A DNA stretch of 64,000 nt from contig CAWALO010000021.1 in assembly GCA_963782945.1 (NCBI GenBank), positions 75,156 to 139,155 on the forward strand, given 5' to 3'. The stretch comes from an uncultured Bacteroidales bacterium (GTDB taxonomy: Bacteria; Bacteroidota; Bacteroidia; Bacteroidales; VadinHA17). The notes under the pieces are model-generated. The model was not told where the DNA came from. It did not search any database and was given only the letters and a program-made list of their open reading frames with translations. This document shows positions 28,805 to 37,087 of this stretch, piece after piece. The translations under genes and the position numbers were made by a program. How positions within the stretch are numbered: position 1 is the stretch's first letter; each line of letters begins with the position of its first letter.

Positions 28805-29479
28805 ATGATTAAAACAAATGATTTAACGAAGATCTTCAGAACTGAAGAAGTTGAGACCACCGCTTTAAATAAAGTGACCCTCAATGTAAAAGAAGGCGAG
28901 TATGTCGCTGTCATGGGTCCGTCAGGATGCGGGAAATCCACGCTTCTTAACATACTTGGACTGCTTGATAATCCATCATCCGGAAGCTATATCTTTAACG
29001 GAACAGAAGTGGCAAACCTGAAAGAACGTGACAGAACTATCTTCCGCAAAGGAAACATCGGTTTCGTATTCCAGAGCTTTAACCTTATTGACGAACTCAA
29101 TGTCTATGAGAACGTTGAACTACCTCTTATTTACCTTAAGATGAAATCATCTGACAGGAAAAAAAGCGTTGAGGATGTACTTGAAAGGATGAAGATATCG
29201 CACAGGGCGAAACATTTTCCGCAACAGCTCTCAGGCGGTCAGCAACAGAGGGTAGCCATTGCACGTGCCGTTGTTGCCAACCCCAAGCTGATCCTGGCGG
29301 ATGAGCCCACAGGTAACCTCGACTCAAAAAATGGTATCGAGGTTATTAACCTGCTCACCGAACTGAATAAGGAGGGAACAACTATAATCATGGTAACCCA
29401 CTCGGACAGGGATGCAGGTTATGCCCACAGAATAGTAAACCTCTTTGACGGACAGGTGGTTACCGAAAAAATAATGTAA
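28805..29479 (+). CDS. ABC transporter ATP-binding protein (MacB/LolD-type)
   Basis: 224 aa. Walker [10 protein letters not shown], signature [14 protein letters not shown], Walker [13 protein letters not shown]. Confidence 0.92.
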   Translation: MIKTNDLTKIFRTEEVETTALNKVTLNVKEGEYVAVMGPSGCGKSTLLNILGLLDNPSSGSYIFNGTEVANLKERDRTIFRKGNIGFVFQSFNLIDELNVYENVELPLIYLKMKSSDRKKSVEDVLERMKISHRAKHFPQQLSGGQQQRVAIARAVVANPKLILADEPTGNLDSKNGIEVINLLTELNKEGTTIIMVTHSDRDAGYAHRIVNLFDGQVVTEKIM

Positions 29480-29508
29480 AACGTATATTTTACTGGATTT
29501 CGGTCATT

Positions 29509-29557
29509 GTAGCGGCGTTGAATTCATCGCCGCTACACGGCGTTGCATGCAACGCCG
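29509..29557. terminator. Two adjacent GC-rich hairpins between convergent genes (bidirectional terminator candidate)
   Basis: gtagcggcg-ttgaattcat-cgccgctac (29509..29536) and the 20-nt palindrome cggcgttgcatgcaacgccg (29538..29557). They lie between the ABC ATPase stop (29479) and the response-regulator stop (29582). Confidence 0.65.
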
Positions 29558-29581
29558 CAACAACATTTTTACCATACATAT

Positions 29582-30946
29582 CTACAGGTCATATTTCCTG
29601 ATCTTATTATAAAGAGTCTGGCGGGTTATGCCGAGCTTTTCTGCTACCATGCTCATATTGCTGCCATATCGCTTCATGCTGTCGGAGATAAATCTTTTCT
29701 CCATCTCCTCAAGGGTAATTCCGGCATGTACATCACTCCTCGGTGTAAGATGAAAAACAAAATCAGTGGGTTTGAGTACAGGTGAATCAGACATGATAAC
29801 TGCCTTCTCAATCGCATGCTGCAATTCCCTGACATTACCGGGCCAGTTATGATTTGCCAGTTTTTCGAGGGCATGGGTACTCATCTTCATACCACTTTTC
29901 CCATATCGTTCGCTATTGACCCTGAGGAAATAATTGGCCAGAATGGGTATGTCATCAACCCTGTCGCGAAGCGGCGGCACCTCAATGAGAATAGTGTTGA
30001 TACGATAAAGGAGGTCTTCCCTGAACCTACCCTCTTCGACCATTTGCATAAGGTCACAGTTTGTTGCACAGATAAGCCTGATATCTGTCAGTATTTGTTT
30101 ATTTGATCCCACTCTCACAACATGCCTGTTCTGAAGGACACTTAGCAGCTTCGCCTGCGACTGTAATGAAAGGTTACCGATCTCATCAAGAAAAAGGGTG
30201 CCATTATGCGCTATCTCAAATTTGCCTTTGCGGTCCTCCCTGGCATCTGTGAATGCTCCCTTTACATGTCCGAACAGTTCACTTTCAAAAAGAGTTTCGG
30301 TAATTGACCCCATGTCGACGCTAACCATTAGCTCCCCTGCCCTCTCAGACTGATTATGAATTTCCCTGGCGACCAGCTCCTTTCCAGTGCCATTCTCTCC
30401 TGTTATAAGCACATTGGCCTCAGTGGCTGCAACCTTTCTTACAATATTCATAACATTTATCATAGTTGGAGAGGCTCCAAGGATGATTTTCTCACCTCCC
30501 TTATTAATCTCTTTTTTCAAGAGCTGGTTGTCTTTTTTAAGGGTGGTTGCCTCAATCCTTGAATGTCGAAGCTGCCAGGCCACATTTATCGTTGCCAAAA
30601 GCTTTGTATTGTCCCATGGCTTAAGTATAAAATCAACTGCTCCCTCTTTTATTGCTCTAACTGCCAGCTCGATATCTCCTGAGGCTGTTAAAATAATAAT
30701 ACTAATATTGCTGTCGTAGGCAAAGATCTCCTTCATCCAGAACAGCCCTTCATTCCCGTTATGAATGCCTGATTTAAAATTCATATCGAGCATCACAATA
30801 TCGACGTCGTTCTTTCTCAGCAATTCATTTATGCGGTTAGGATCGGTAAGAGAAAAAACCTTTTCGACCTCATTCAACATGATCTTTTCAAGTGAATTCA
30901 GTGTGCTCCTGTTTTCATCAACGATAAGAATAGTGCCCTTTAACAT
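29582..30946 (-). CDS. Sigma-54-dependent response regulator (NtrC family: receiver + AAA+ + Fis-type HTH)
   Basis: 454 aa. Receiver domain with DIVMLDMNF. AAA+ motifs GENGTGKE, ESELFGH and GAFTDA. C-terminal HTH VAEKLGITRQTLYNKIRKY. Confidence 0.9.
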   Translation of the reverse strand: MLKGTILIVDENRSTLNSLEKIMLNEVEKVFSLTDPNRINELLRKNDVDIVMLDMNFKSGIHNGNEGLFWMKEIFAYDSNISIIILTASGDIELAVRAIKEGAVDFILKPWDNTKLLATINVAWQLRHSRIEATTLKKDNQLLKKEINKGGEKIILGASPTMINVMNIVRKVAATEANVLITGENGTGKELVAREIHNQSERAGELMVSVDMGSITETLFESELFGHVKGAFTDAREDRKGKFEIAHNGTLFLDEIGNLSLQSQAKLLSVLQNRHVVRVGSNKQILTDIRLICATNCDLMQMVEEGRFREDLLYRINTILIEVPPLRDRVDDIPILANYFLRVNSERYGKSGMKMSTHALEKLANHNWPGNVRELQHAIEKAVIMSDSPVLKPTDFVFHLTPRSDVHAGITLEEMEKRFISDSMKRYGSNMSMVAEKLGITRQTLYNKIRKYDL

Positions 30947-31047
30947 TTATATTGTTTTTACAAAAGACGGCAGAAAAAGTAAAATGTGTCAAAAAAATAG
31001 ACATTTATTTAGGAAATTTTCAGCCAGAAACAACAAAATTTCCATGT

Positions 31048-33456
31048 CTACTCGCTTCTTAAATTTTCCGCAGGGCTTACAGATGCTGCTTTGCTTACGA
31101 TGAATCCTGTTGTAAGAAGAGTAATAAACAGTGTAAATATAAATGGTCCGAGGAAATTCCATACTGAAATCTCAATTTTTACTTCAAAGGAGTTTAACCA
31201 TTCAGAAAGCCAGAAATAACAGATCGGTACAGCAATAAGGAAAGATAGTGACGTGAGAATGATAAAATCTTTGGAGAACAGCAAAATTATTCCAGACACA
31301 CTTGATCCTGTGACTCTCCGTATACTGATTTCCCTGGTTTTCTGCTGCATTAAAAAGGATGTCAGTCCAAATATCCCCAGACATGTAACAATTATTGCAA
31401 GAATGGCAAAGATTCCAAAAACCGTACCAAGCAATTTTTCGTCTTTATACTGCTGACCGTAATAATCATCAAGGAAAAAATAGTCAAAAGGGTTATCAGG
31501 AAAGAACTCTGCATACTTCATTTCAACAAGTTTAAGAACACCGGTTTCAGTTCCTGGCAATATCTTCATCATAAAATATCCTCTGACGTCCCTTCCATAA
31601 GGCATAAACCTGAAGAGATGAGGCTCAAAAGCTTCCTTTGGAGATTGCTGACGATAATCTTTTACCACACCAACAATTGAATATATTTTATCCCAATAAT
31701 TGACCATCTTGTTAACTGCTTCTGCAGCTGATCCGAATCCCATCCATTTTACAGCCTTTTCGTTAAGTATAAGTGAAGAAGAGTCGGAAGTGAAAGATCT
31801 TTCGAAATTCCTGCCGGCAATTATCTTCGCCCCAAGAAGGTCAAGATAATCATAATCAATACCCAAAATCTGATAATTTTTACTCTGGTCTGATCCAACC
31901 CTGAAGATTCCTCCTGCATCCCATAAGATCTGCCTGCCTGGCACTTCAGTTCCAACGCTGAACTTTACAACAACCTGATTTTTAACCAATTCATCCTTGA
32001 AGGTACCCAGTTTTCGGCTGAATGAAGCATCCCGCACACGGGGAGCCCTTACTGCAAGAACATTTGCAATTGAAATGCCCTTATCCTGGCTCTCAAGAAA
32101 TTTTACCTGTCTGAATACAAAAAGTGTACAGGTAATCAAGCAGATAGCCATAAGCAGCTGGAAGATGACCAATGCTTTTCTGATAAAAACTCCACTTTTT
32201 GAATTAACATATTTCCCTTTCAGCACCTCTGATGATTTAAATGAAGTTACGACAAAAACGGGGTACACTCCTGAAATAAAAATGCTTATGATAAAAAGAA
32301 GAAGGAGAGCCTGCCAGAACCAGCTTTCCATCCACAGGACATAATCAGATGAGATCCCGGTAAGGTTTCGGAACAAAGGCATCAGTGCAGCCAGCAAAAA
32401 AAGCGAGGTGATAAATGCTGCAAGATTTATTAGAAATGTCTCTATGAAGAATTGACTGATCAGCTGCGACCCTGAAGCACCTGCAATCTTGCTCAATCCG
32501 ACTTCGGTTGCTCTTGTGAGCGACCTGGCAGTGGTAATGTTTATATAGTTTACCCATGCTATTATCAGTATAAAAACTGCAACAATACTAAGGAATGTCA
32601 CGGTATCCTCGTTACCATTGGCTTCCATCTCCTGCATATAGCTGGAATTCAGGTGAATCCCGGCCAGTGGCTGTACTTTAAGATCACATGTAAGCTTATA
32701 TTGTTTAAGAACCTCTCCAAAATCTCTTTCTACAAGAGATTTAAGTTTTTGCTCAAATGTGCCAGGACTGACTGATTGTTTCAGAATAAAGTAAGTAAAA
32801 AAGCCGGTATCTCCCCAGGAATATTCAATATCTGAACCATAATGAGTCAATAGATTTGGCCATGAGAGTAAGATATCAAATTTCAGATGTGAGTTTTGCG
32901 GGATATCGCTGAAAATACCAGTTACAACAAAACTCATCTCTTTATCGACCGTTATGGTCTGTCCCAGGGGGTCATCATCTCCAAAATACTTCCTGGAATA
33001 TGACTCTGAAATAAAAGCACAATTTGCACTGGAGATTCCATTGGACCTGTCTCCTGATATTAGCTTAAAATCAAAGACTTCCAATATCTGAGGTTCTGCA
33101 AAATACATTCTCTCCTCATAAAACTTCCTGTCTTCGAAAATTACTGTTGCCCTGTACCGGAATATTCTGGCTATTTTTTCTACCTCAGGATACAATTCCC
33201 TTATCCTCAGGGCAGCCGGCGGACAACAGGATGCAAATCTTACAGATTCCCCTTCGGCACTTGAACGCTCATAACGGAGTCTGTAAATCCGGTCACTGTT
33301 TTTATAAAAAGTATCAAAGCTCCTTTCATATTTTACAAAGAAATAAATGAGAAGGAAAGCAGTTATGCCAACAGCAAGACCAGCTATATTAATTAAAGAA
33401 TAAAGCTTATACCTGAGGAGATTCCTGAATGCTATTTTTAAATAATACAACTTCAT
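31048..33456 (-). CDS. MacB-like ABC transporter permease (two FtsX domains + MacB periplasmic domains)
   Basis: 802 aa. N-terminus is MKLYYLKIAFRNLLRYKLYSLINIAGLAVG. Two 4-TM FtsX modules. Paralog of 39423..41840 and 41954..44329. Confidence 0.85.
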   Translation of the reverse strand: MKLYYLKIAFRNLLRYKLYSLINIAGLAVGITAFLLIYFFVKYERSFDTFYKNSDRIYRLRYERSSAEGESVRFASCCPPAALRIRELYPEVEKIARIFRYRATVIFEDRKFYEERMYFAEPQILEVFDFKLISGDRSNGISSANCAFISESYSRKYFGDDDPLGQTITVDKEMSFVVTGIFSDIPQNSHLKFDILLSWPNLLTHYGSDIEYSWGDTGFFTYFILKQSVSPGTFEQKLKSLVERDFGEVLKQYKLTCDLKVQPLAGIHLNSSYMQEMEANGNEDTVTFLSIVAVFILIIAWVNYINITTARSLTRATEVGLSKIAGASGSQLISQFFIETFLINLAAFITSLFLLAALMPLFRNLTGISSDYVLWMESWFWQALLLLFIISIFISGVYPVFVVTSFKSSEVLKGKYVNSKSGVFIRKALVIFQLLMAICLITCTLFVFRQVKFLESQDKGISIANVLAVRAPRVRDASFSRKLGTFKDELVKNQVVVKFSVGTEVPGRQILWDAGGIFRVGSDQSKNYQILGIDYDYLDLLGAKIIAGRNFERSFTSDSSSLILNEKAVKWMGFGSAAEAVNKMVNYWDKIYSIVGVVKDYRQQSPKEAFEPHLFRFMPYGRDVRGYFMMKILPGTETGVLKLVEMKYAEFFPDNPFDYFFLDDYYGQQYKDEKLLGTVFGIFAILAIIVTCLGIFGLTSFLMQQKTREISIRRVTGSSVSGIILLFSKDFIILTSLSFLIAVPICYFWLSEWLNSFEVKIEISVWNFLGPFIFTLFITLLTTGFIVSKAASVSPAENLRSE

Positions 33457-33654
33457 AACCGAAGATTAATTAGCCGATTTCTTCAGACCGGAATCAGGAA
33501 AGATATAAAACCAGCTATATCAAAGTAAATAAATAAAGCAGTCATAAAAAAGTCTTTTTCATGCAACATTTATCAGCGAAGTACGTCTTTAGATCAGAAA
33601 GAGCAGAAGTGAGAAATATCCTACGCATAGAGGAACAAATAAATAACCAGAGCC

Positions 33655-33963
33655 ATGACAGTCAAATTAAATGCAAACGAGGTTGTTCTTAATGCCGGTG
33701 ACACAAACCAGGTAATAGACAATAACAAAGTGGAGGGCAAGCTGATAGTAACAAATCAGAGGATCTATTTCAAGGCTTTGAAGGAAGAGGCAGAAAAATT
33801 CAACCTTGAAATACTATTCGACAATATCCTTGAGGTAATATTTTACAGTAAAGGGTTATTTGCTGTAAAAGGGTTGAATGTTGTCACCAGAGATGGCAAA
33901 AGCCATAGTTTTCCGCTGAAGAAGAGGGATGAGATAGGTCAGCTTATAAATAAAATGTATTAG
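33655..33963 (+). CDS. Small PH/GRAM-like domain protein, hypothetical
   Basis: 102 aa. GKLIVTNQRIYFKA resembles the GRAM/bacterial-PH signature. Followed by a perfect 11-bp-stem hairpin. Confidence 0.45.
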   Translation: MTVKLNANEVVLNAGDTNQVIDNNKVEGKLIVTNQRIYFKALKEEAEKFNLEILFDNILEVIFYSKGLFAVKGLNVVTRDGKSHSFPLKKRDEIGQLINKMY

Positions 33964-34006
33964 TCTTATATCATACTATATATACAATCCGTTTACTAAT
34001 TTACAT

Positions 34007-34037
34007 CAGAATATCTGTCCTCAGGGCAGATATTCTG
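34007..34037. terminator. Hairpin with perfect 11-bp stem (cagaatatctg / cagatattctg)
   Basis: Read directly. The loop is tcctcaggg, followed by cttt. It lies between the convergent 33655..33963 (+) and the FISUMP remnant (-). Confidence 0.6.
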
Positions 34038-34070
34038 CTTTATGGAATATTCAGACAAATAAGGCGCATC

Positions 34071-34624
34071 CTAATCCTTAACACAACGTACAGAAAGACC
34101 ATTATAATCCTCTCCGACGCCTCTTGTAATATCTCCTGTAGTATTGTTCATCGACCACGCCCAAACAGTATTGACATCATAGTAAGTAGAACTCCACCAG
34201 GAACCTGCAAATCCAAGGCTACTGAATCCATAGCCAGCTAGTCGAATACCACCCGGAATTGCTGTAAAGCCGGTTTCGTTGGTAGCGTCAGTGTTTGGTT
34301 CTAACCAATTGATCAGACCGCTTTCTTTTAGTTTGGCACCAGAAACGCTGCTACCTCCCAGAAAATCTCTCAGTATCCTCCATTCTTCATCAGTCGGGAT
34401 ATGCCAGCCGGTTGGGCATACCTGACGGCTATCGCTCACTGCATACATGTGTATAACCTGCCGTAAGTGGGCACAAGGCTCTCAGTACATCATATGACCA
34501 TTGATATTTTGGTTCAGCTTCGGCAGTTATTCAATAAGCAATGTATTAAATCTCTAATGTTGCGGTTTTATTTTTACTGAAGGTTAGTGTCGATAGCTAT
34601 AGTCTTGTAAACATTGCCTTCATT
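34071..34624 (-). pseudogene. Decayed FISUMP-domain gene (Fibrobacter succinogenes major paralogous domain, TIGR02145)
   Basis: Track ORF 34071..34448 carries CPTGWHIPTDEEW...GFTAIPGG...WWSS...GLSVRCVKD (the C-terminal half of the domain). Upstream in another frame I read YGRLY (34451..34465) and NEGNVYKTIAI (34592..34624). The latter is followed by an in-frame stop (DTNLQ*). So there is at least one frameshift and one nonsense codon. Confidence 0.7.
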
Positions 34625-35923
34625 CAAAACGACGTAAGTATGATCAGAATTGAAATGTCGTCCAGGATTTCCATAGGTAGTATTAGAGCGTACAAGTGTA
34701 CCAATTGATCAGAACCTGTTTGATTTTTCAGTCCAAAAAGCTACTGAATTAAAGCGTATTGATTTACTGCATGGGAGTCAATGCAAATTACACATGTAAT
34801 GAAACTTTCTCATTACATCCATAAGGATACACACTGGATGCTGTAACATAAGAATTTAACTGTCAGATTTATGATTCGGTTTTTTCCCTTTGAAGCGGCC
34901 AACAAACGTTATTTCGCATAATGAATTTCGGACAAGGCTTTCATTTTTAAACATAAGTGGTAAATAATCTCATTGTAATATCGCAATAAGAGAACAAAAT
35001 TCAAGTTTACAATCCTTCAACAACGACAGAGACCAATGTTACGTTATTCCGTTGCTTTCGGATATGATCCACGGCATCGCAAGTTCCTGTTGAACTTATC
35101 CTTACCAGTCCAGACAGAGAATAAAGCCTTTAAACGGCATGGCTCCGGTAGAGCTAAAACCGATTAGTGACTCCAGCAGCCTGGTCCTTCAATCGCACCA
35201 ACATTAATACACAAAAAGCGTGATATCAATTATGCGGGAGATGCCATCATGTCGGATTGTATAACTGCTTAGCAGGATTCTCATTACATAATAGAGCCGC
35301 ATTGTAATCATTAGGTGCAATTTCTGAATATCCAAAAATTATCTCGGGTTGCATGATAAGTGAACATAGAATCTGTTATTACCGGATACAGTTGATGCTC
35401 AAGTCAATATTTCTGATCCGGATAGGACTATTTTCCACACTAATATTCATGCTGTGAATATTATTACGGTTGGAGATAATTAACCACAAGAATCAATATG
35501 TTTTCCTGCATTAATATCTTTGATCCGAACCTGATTACTTTACAAAATCGAGAACTTTATGATTTGTATCCAGAATATATAATTGCTCTATTTTTATTTA
35601 GACTAATTAAACAATATCTAATGATTTATGTTCATTAAACAAGAATATTTTCAAAATTTTAACAGAAATATAATTGTTTGGCCAGTAAAAAATTTTCATC
35701 TGCATGTTACTATTGTATGTTTAACTTCTACGAGGTATTTAGTATTCTGGTTTGATTTTACTGTGAAATCACAAACCTGATAAGTTAAGAAACTTTTATC
35801 TGCCTCGGTTGTTTATTGTAAGATTCTTGAAATATTATTTCAAATATTTAACCATAGCCATGACATAATGAGGATATTGATGAATTTAGGTTTAAGTTAA
35901 TGTATTCATTAAAATTTTTAATT

Positions 35924-36286
35924 ATGAAAAGTGCTGAATTAAAAAGTTTCGGGAAACCTGATGAGATCAGGGAGTTTCCCAATGGTCGTCTTGAAATGGT
36001 AACTGTGGCAGGTTCTGCTATAGGTCGCGGGGTATTCAAGCCAGGATGGAAATGGTCCACTTCTGTCAAGCCTATTGCTAAAACAAAAAGCTGTGAAGCT
36101 CCCCATTTCCAGTATCAGATCTCGGGAGTTATGCGTATAGTTATGGATGACGGAACTGAATTAACATCCAGGGCAGGGGATGTGGTGTCGCTGCCGTCGG
36201 GACATGACGCCTGGGTTGTAGGAGATGAAAATGTGATTGTGGTGGACTTCCAGGGAATGGCTGATTATGCAAAACATTTCCACTGA
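35924..36286 (+). CDS. Cupin-domain protein
   Basis: Start placed at ATG 35924 (MKSAELKSFGKPDEIREFPNGRLEMV...). A single cupin barrel with HFQYQISGVMRIVMDDG...GDVVSLPSGHDAWVVGDE. Confidence 0.7.
   Translation: MKSAELKSFGKPDEIREFPNGRLEMVTVAGSAIGRGVFKPGWKWSTSVKPIAKTKSCEAPHFQYQISGVMRIVMDDGTELTSRAGDVVSLPSGHDAWVVGDENVIVVDFQGMADYAKHFH
35972..36017 (+). repeat. 46-nt segment of the cupin CDS that recurs at 36593..36638 (1 mismatch)
   Basis: agtttcccaatggtcg[t/c]cttgaaatggtaactgtggcaggttctgc. The copies are direct and 621 bp apart. Confidence 0.85.
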
Positions 36287-36384
36287 AAAGAAAGGAACAC
36301 ACAAAGACCGGGTTTGTCAGAATCTGAATATTATTCAATTAATGACCAACCCGGTAATATTTAACTGAAATTGAACATATTACG

Positions 36385-36585
36385 TCATAATTTCCCCTGG
36401 TCCTTGAGCCACACCTCTACATTTTTATGAAGTACCTGGTATTTTGTATCAACATTTCTGACAATCTTTTGATACTCAGGTTCGTTACTAATGCTATTGA
36501 AAACGGGATGCTTTTTATTATCATTTAATAATGTCAATGAAACTGAAACAGATATTAATATTCTGAACTGTAAAATCGCATGCAT
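36385..36585 (-). pseudogene. Probable 3' remnant of a larger gene (tail resembles the TPR end-of-group type)
   Basis: 66-aa ORF whose tail ...NEPEYQKIVRNVDTKYQVLHKNVEVWLKDQGKL resembles the C-termini of TPR-containing proteins. The N-terminal part has no credible start context. It sits in the decayed island. Confidence 0.3.
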
Positions 36586-36592
36586 TTAAATT

Positions 36593-36674
36593 AGTTTCCC
36601 AATGGTCGCCTTGAAATGGTAACTGTGGCAGGTTCTGCAGATACCGACATTTTCATGCTTTACCTGGTATTTTG
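36593..36674 (+). repeat. Truncated duplicate of 35972..36446 (cupin fragment joined to a copy of 36416..36446)
   Basis: 36593..36638 matches 35972..36017. 36645..36674 (acattttcatgctttacctggtattttg) matches 36416..36446 (acatttttatgaagtacctggtattttg). About 400 nt present in the first copy is missing in between. Confidence 0.7.
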
Positions 36675-36675
36675 C

Positions 36676-37068
36676 TCAAAACCATGATTGAACCAGAATC
36701 TTATCATCATCAAGGAATTCGCTTATCCTGTAAAAAACAGAAGAATCATTTTCTATCTGGTAAAACCAATATCCAAATCCTCCGGATGTTGAATATGTTT
36801 TTCTGAGGTATAATTTATCCCCGGCAGAGAATTCACATTTTTCGCTGTATGCCGATATCTGACTGTAAGTGGTGTCAAGAGTAGTTTTAATGTAGATAAT
36901 ATGAGGCCCTCCAAATGATACCGGGCCTGTATATTTATAATCAATAAAATTTCCTACGTACTTTCTTGTTATATACAATTCATCTTCTTTCAGAGTTGAA
37001 GAAGTTTTATTTGCCGGACTGCATGATATGTATACCACTATTAAAGCTAAGAAAAACAGTTTTTGCAT
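36676..37068 (-). CDS. Small hypothetical lipoprotein
   Basis: 130 aa. Leader is MQKLFFLALIVVYISCSP (lipobox). No family recognised. Confidence 0.5.
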   Translation of the reverse strand: MQKLFFLALIVVYISCSPANKTSSTLKEDELYITRKYVGNFIDYKYTGPVSFGGPHIIYIKTTLDTTYSQISAYSEKCEFSAGDKLYLRKTYSTSGGFGYWFYQIENDSSVFYRISEFLDDDKILVQSWF

Positions 37069-37087
37069 ATGTATGTTTGCTCCCGAT

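Noticed and set aside
33457-33654. Sigma-54 -24/-12 promoters upstream of the FtsX permease genes (also 41841..41953 and 44330..44704)
   Set aside because: I read the minus strand of each spacer. Only weak TGG...TTG resemblances appear (for example ctggttatttatttgt), without the GC at -12 or the proper context.
34793-34820. Small hairpins built on cattacat/atgtaatg words (34793..34820 and 35281..35310) as possible ncRNA
   Set aside because: The stems are short (8-9 bp), sit in a decayed AT-rich region and have no flanking promoter or terminator signals. The evidence is insufficient.
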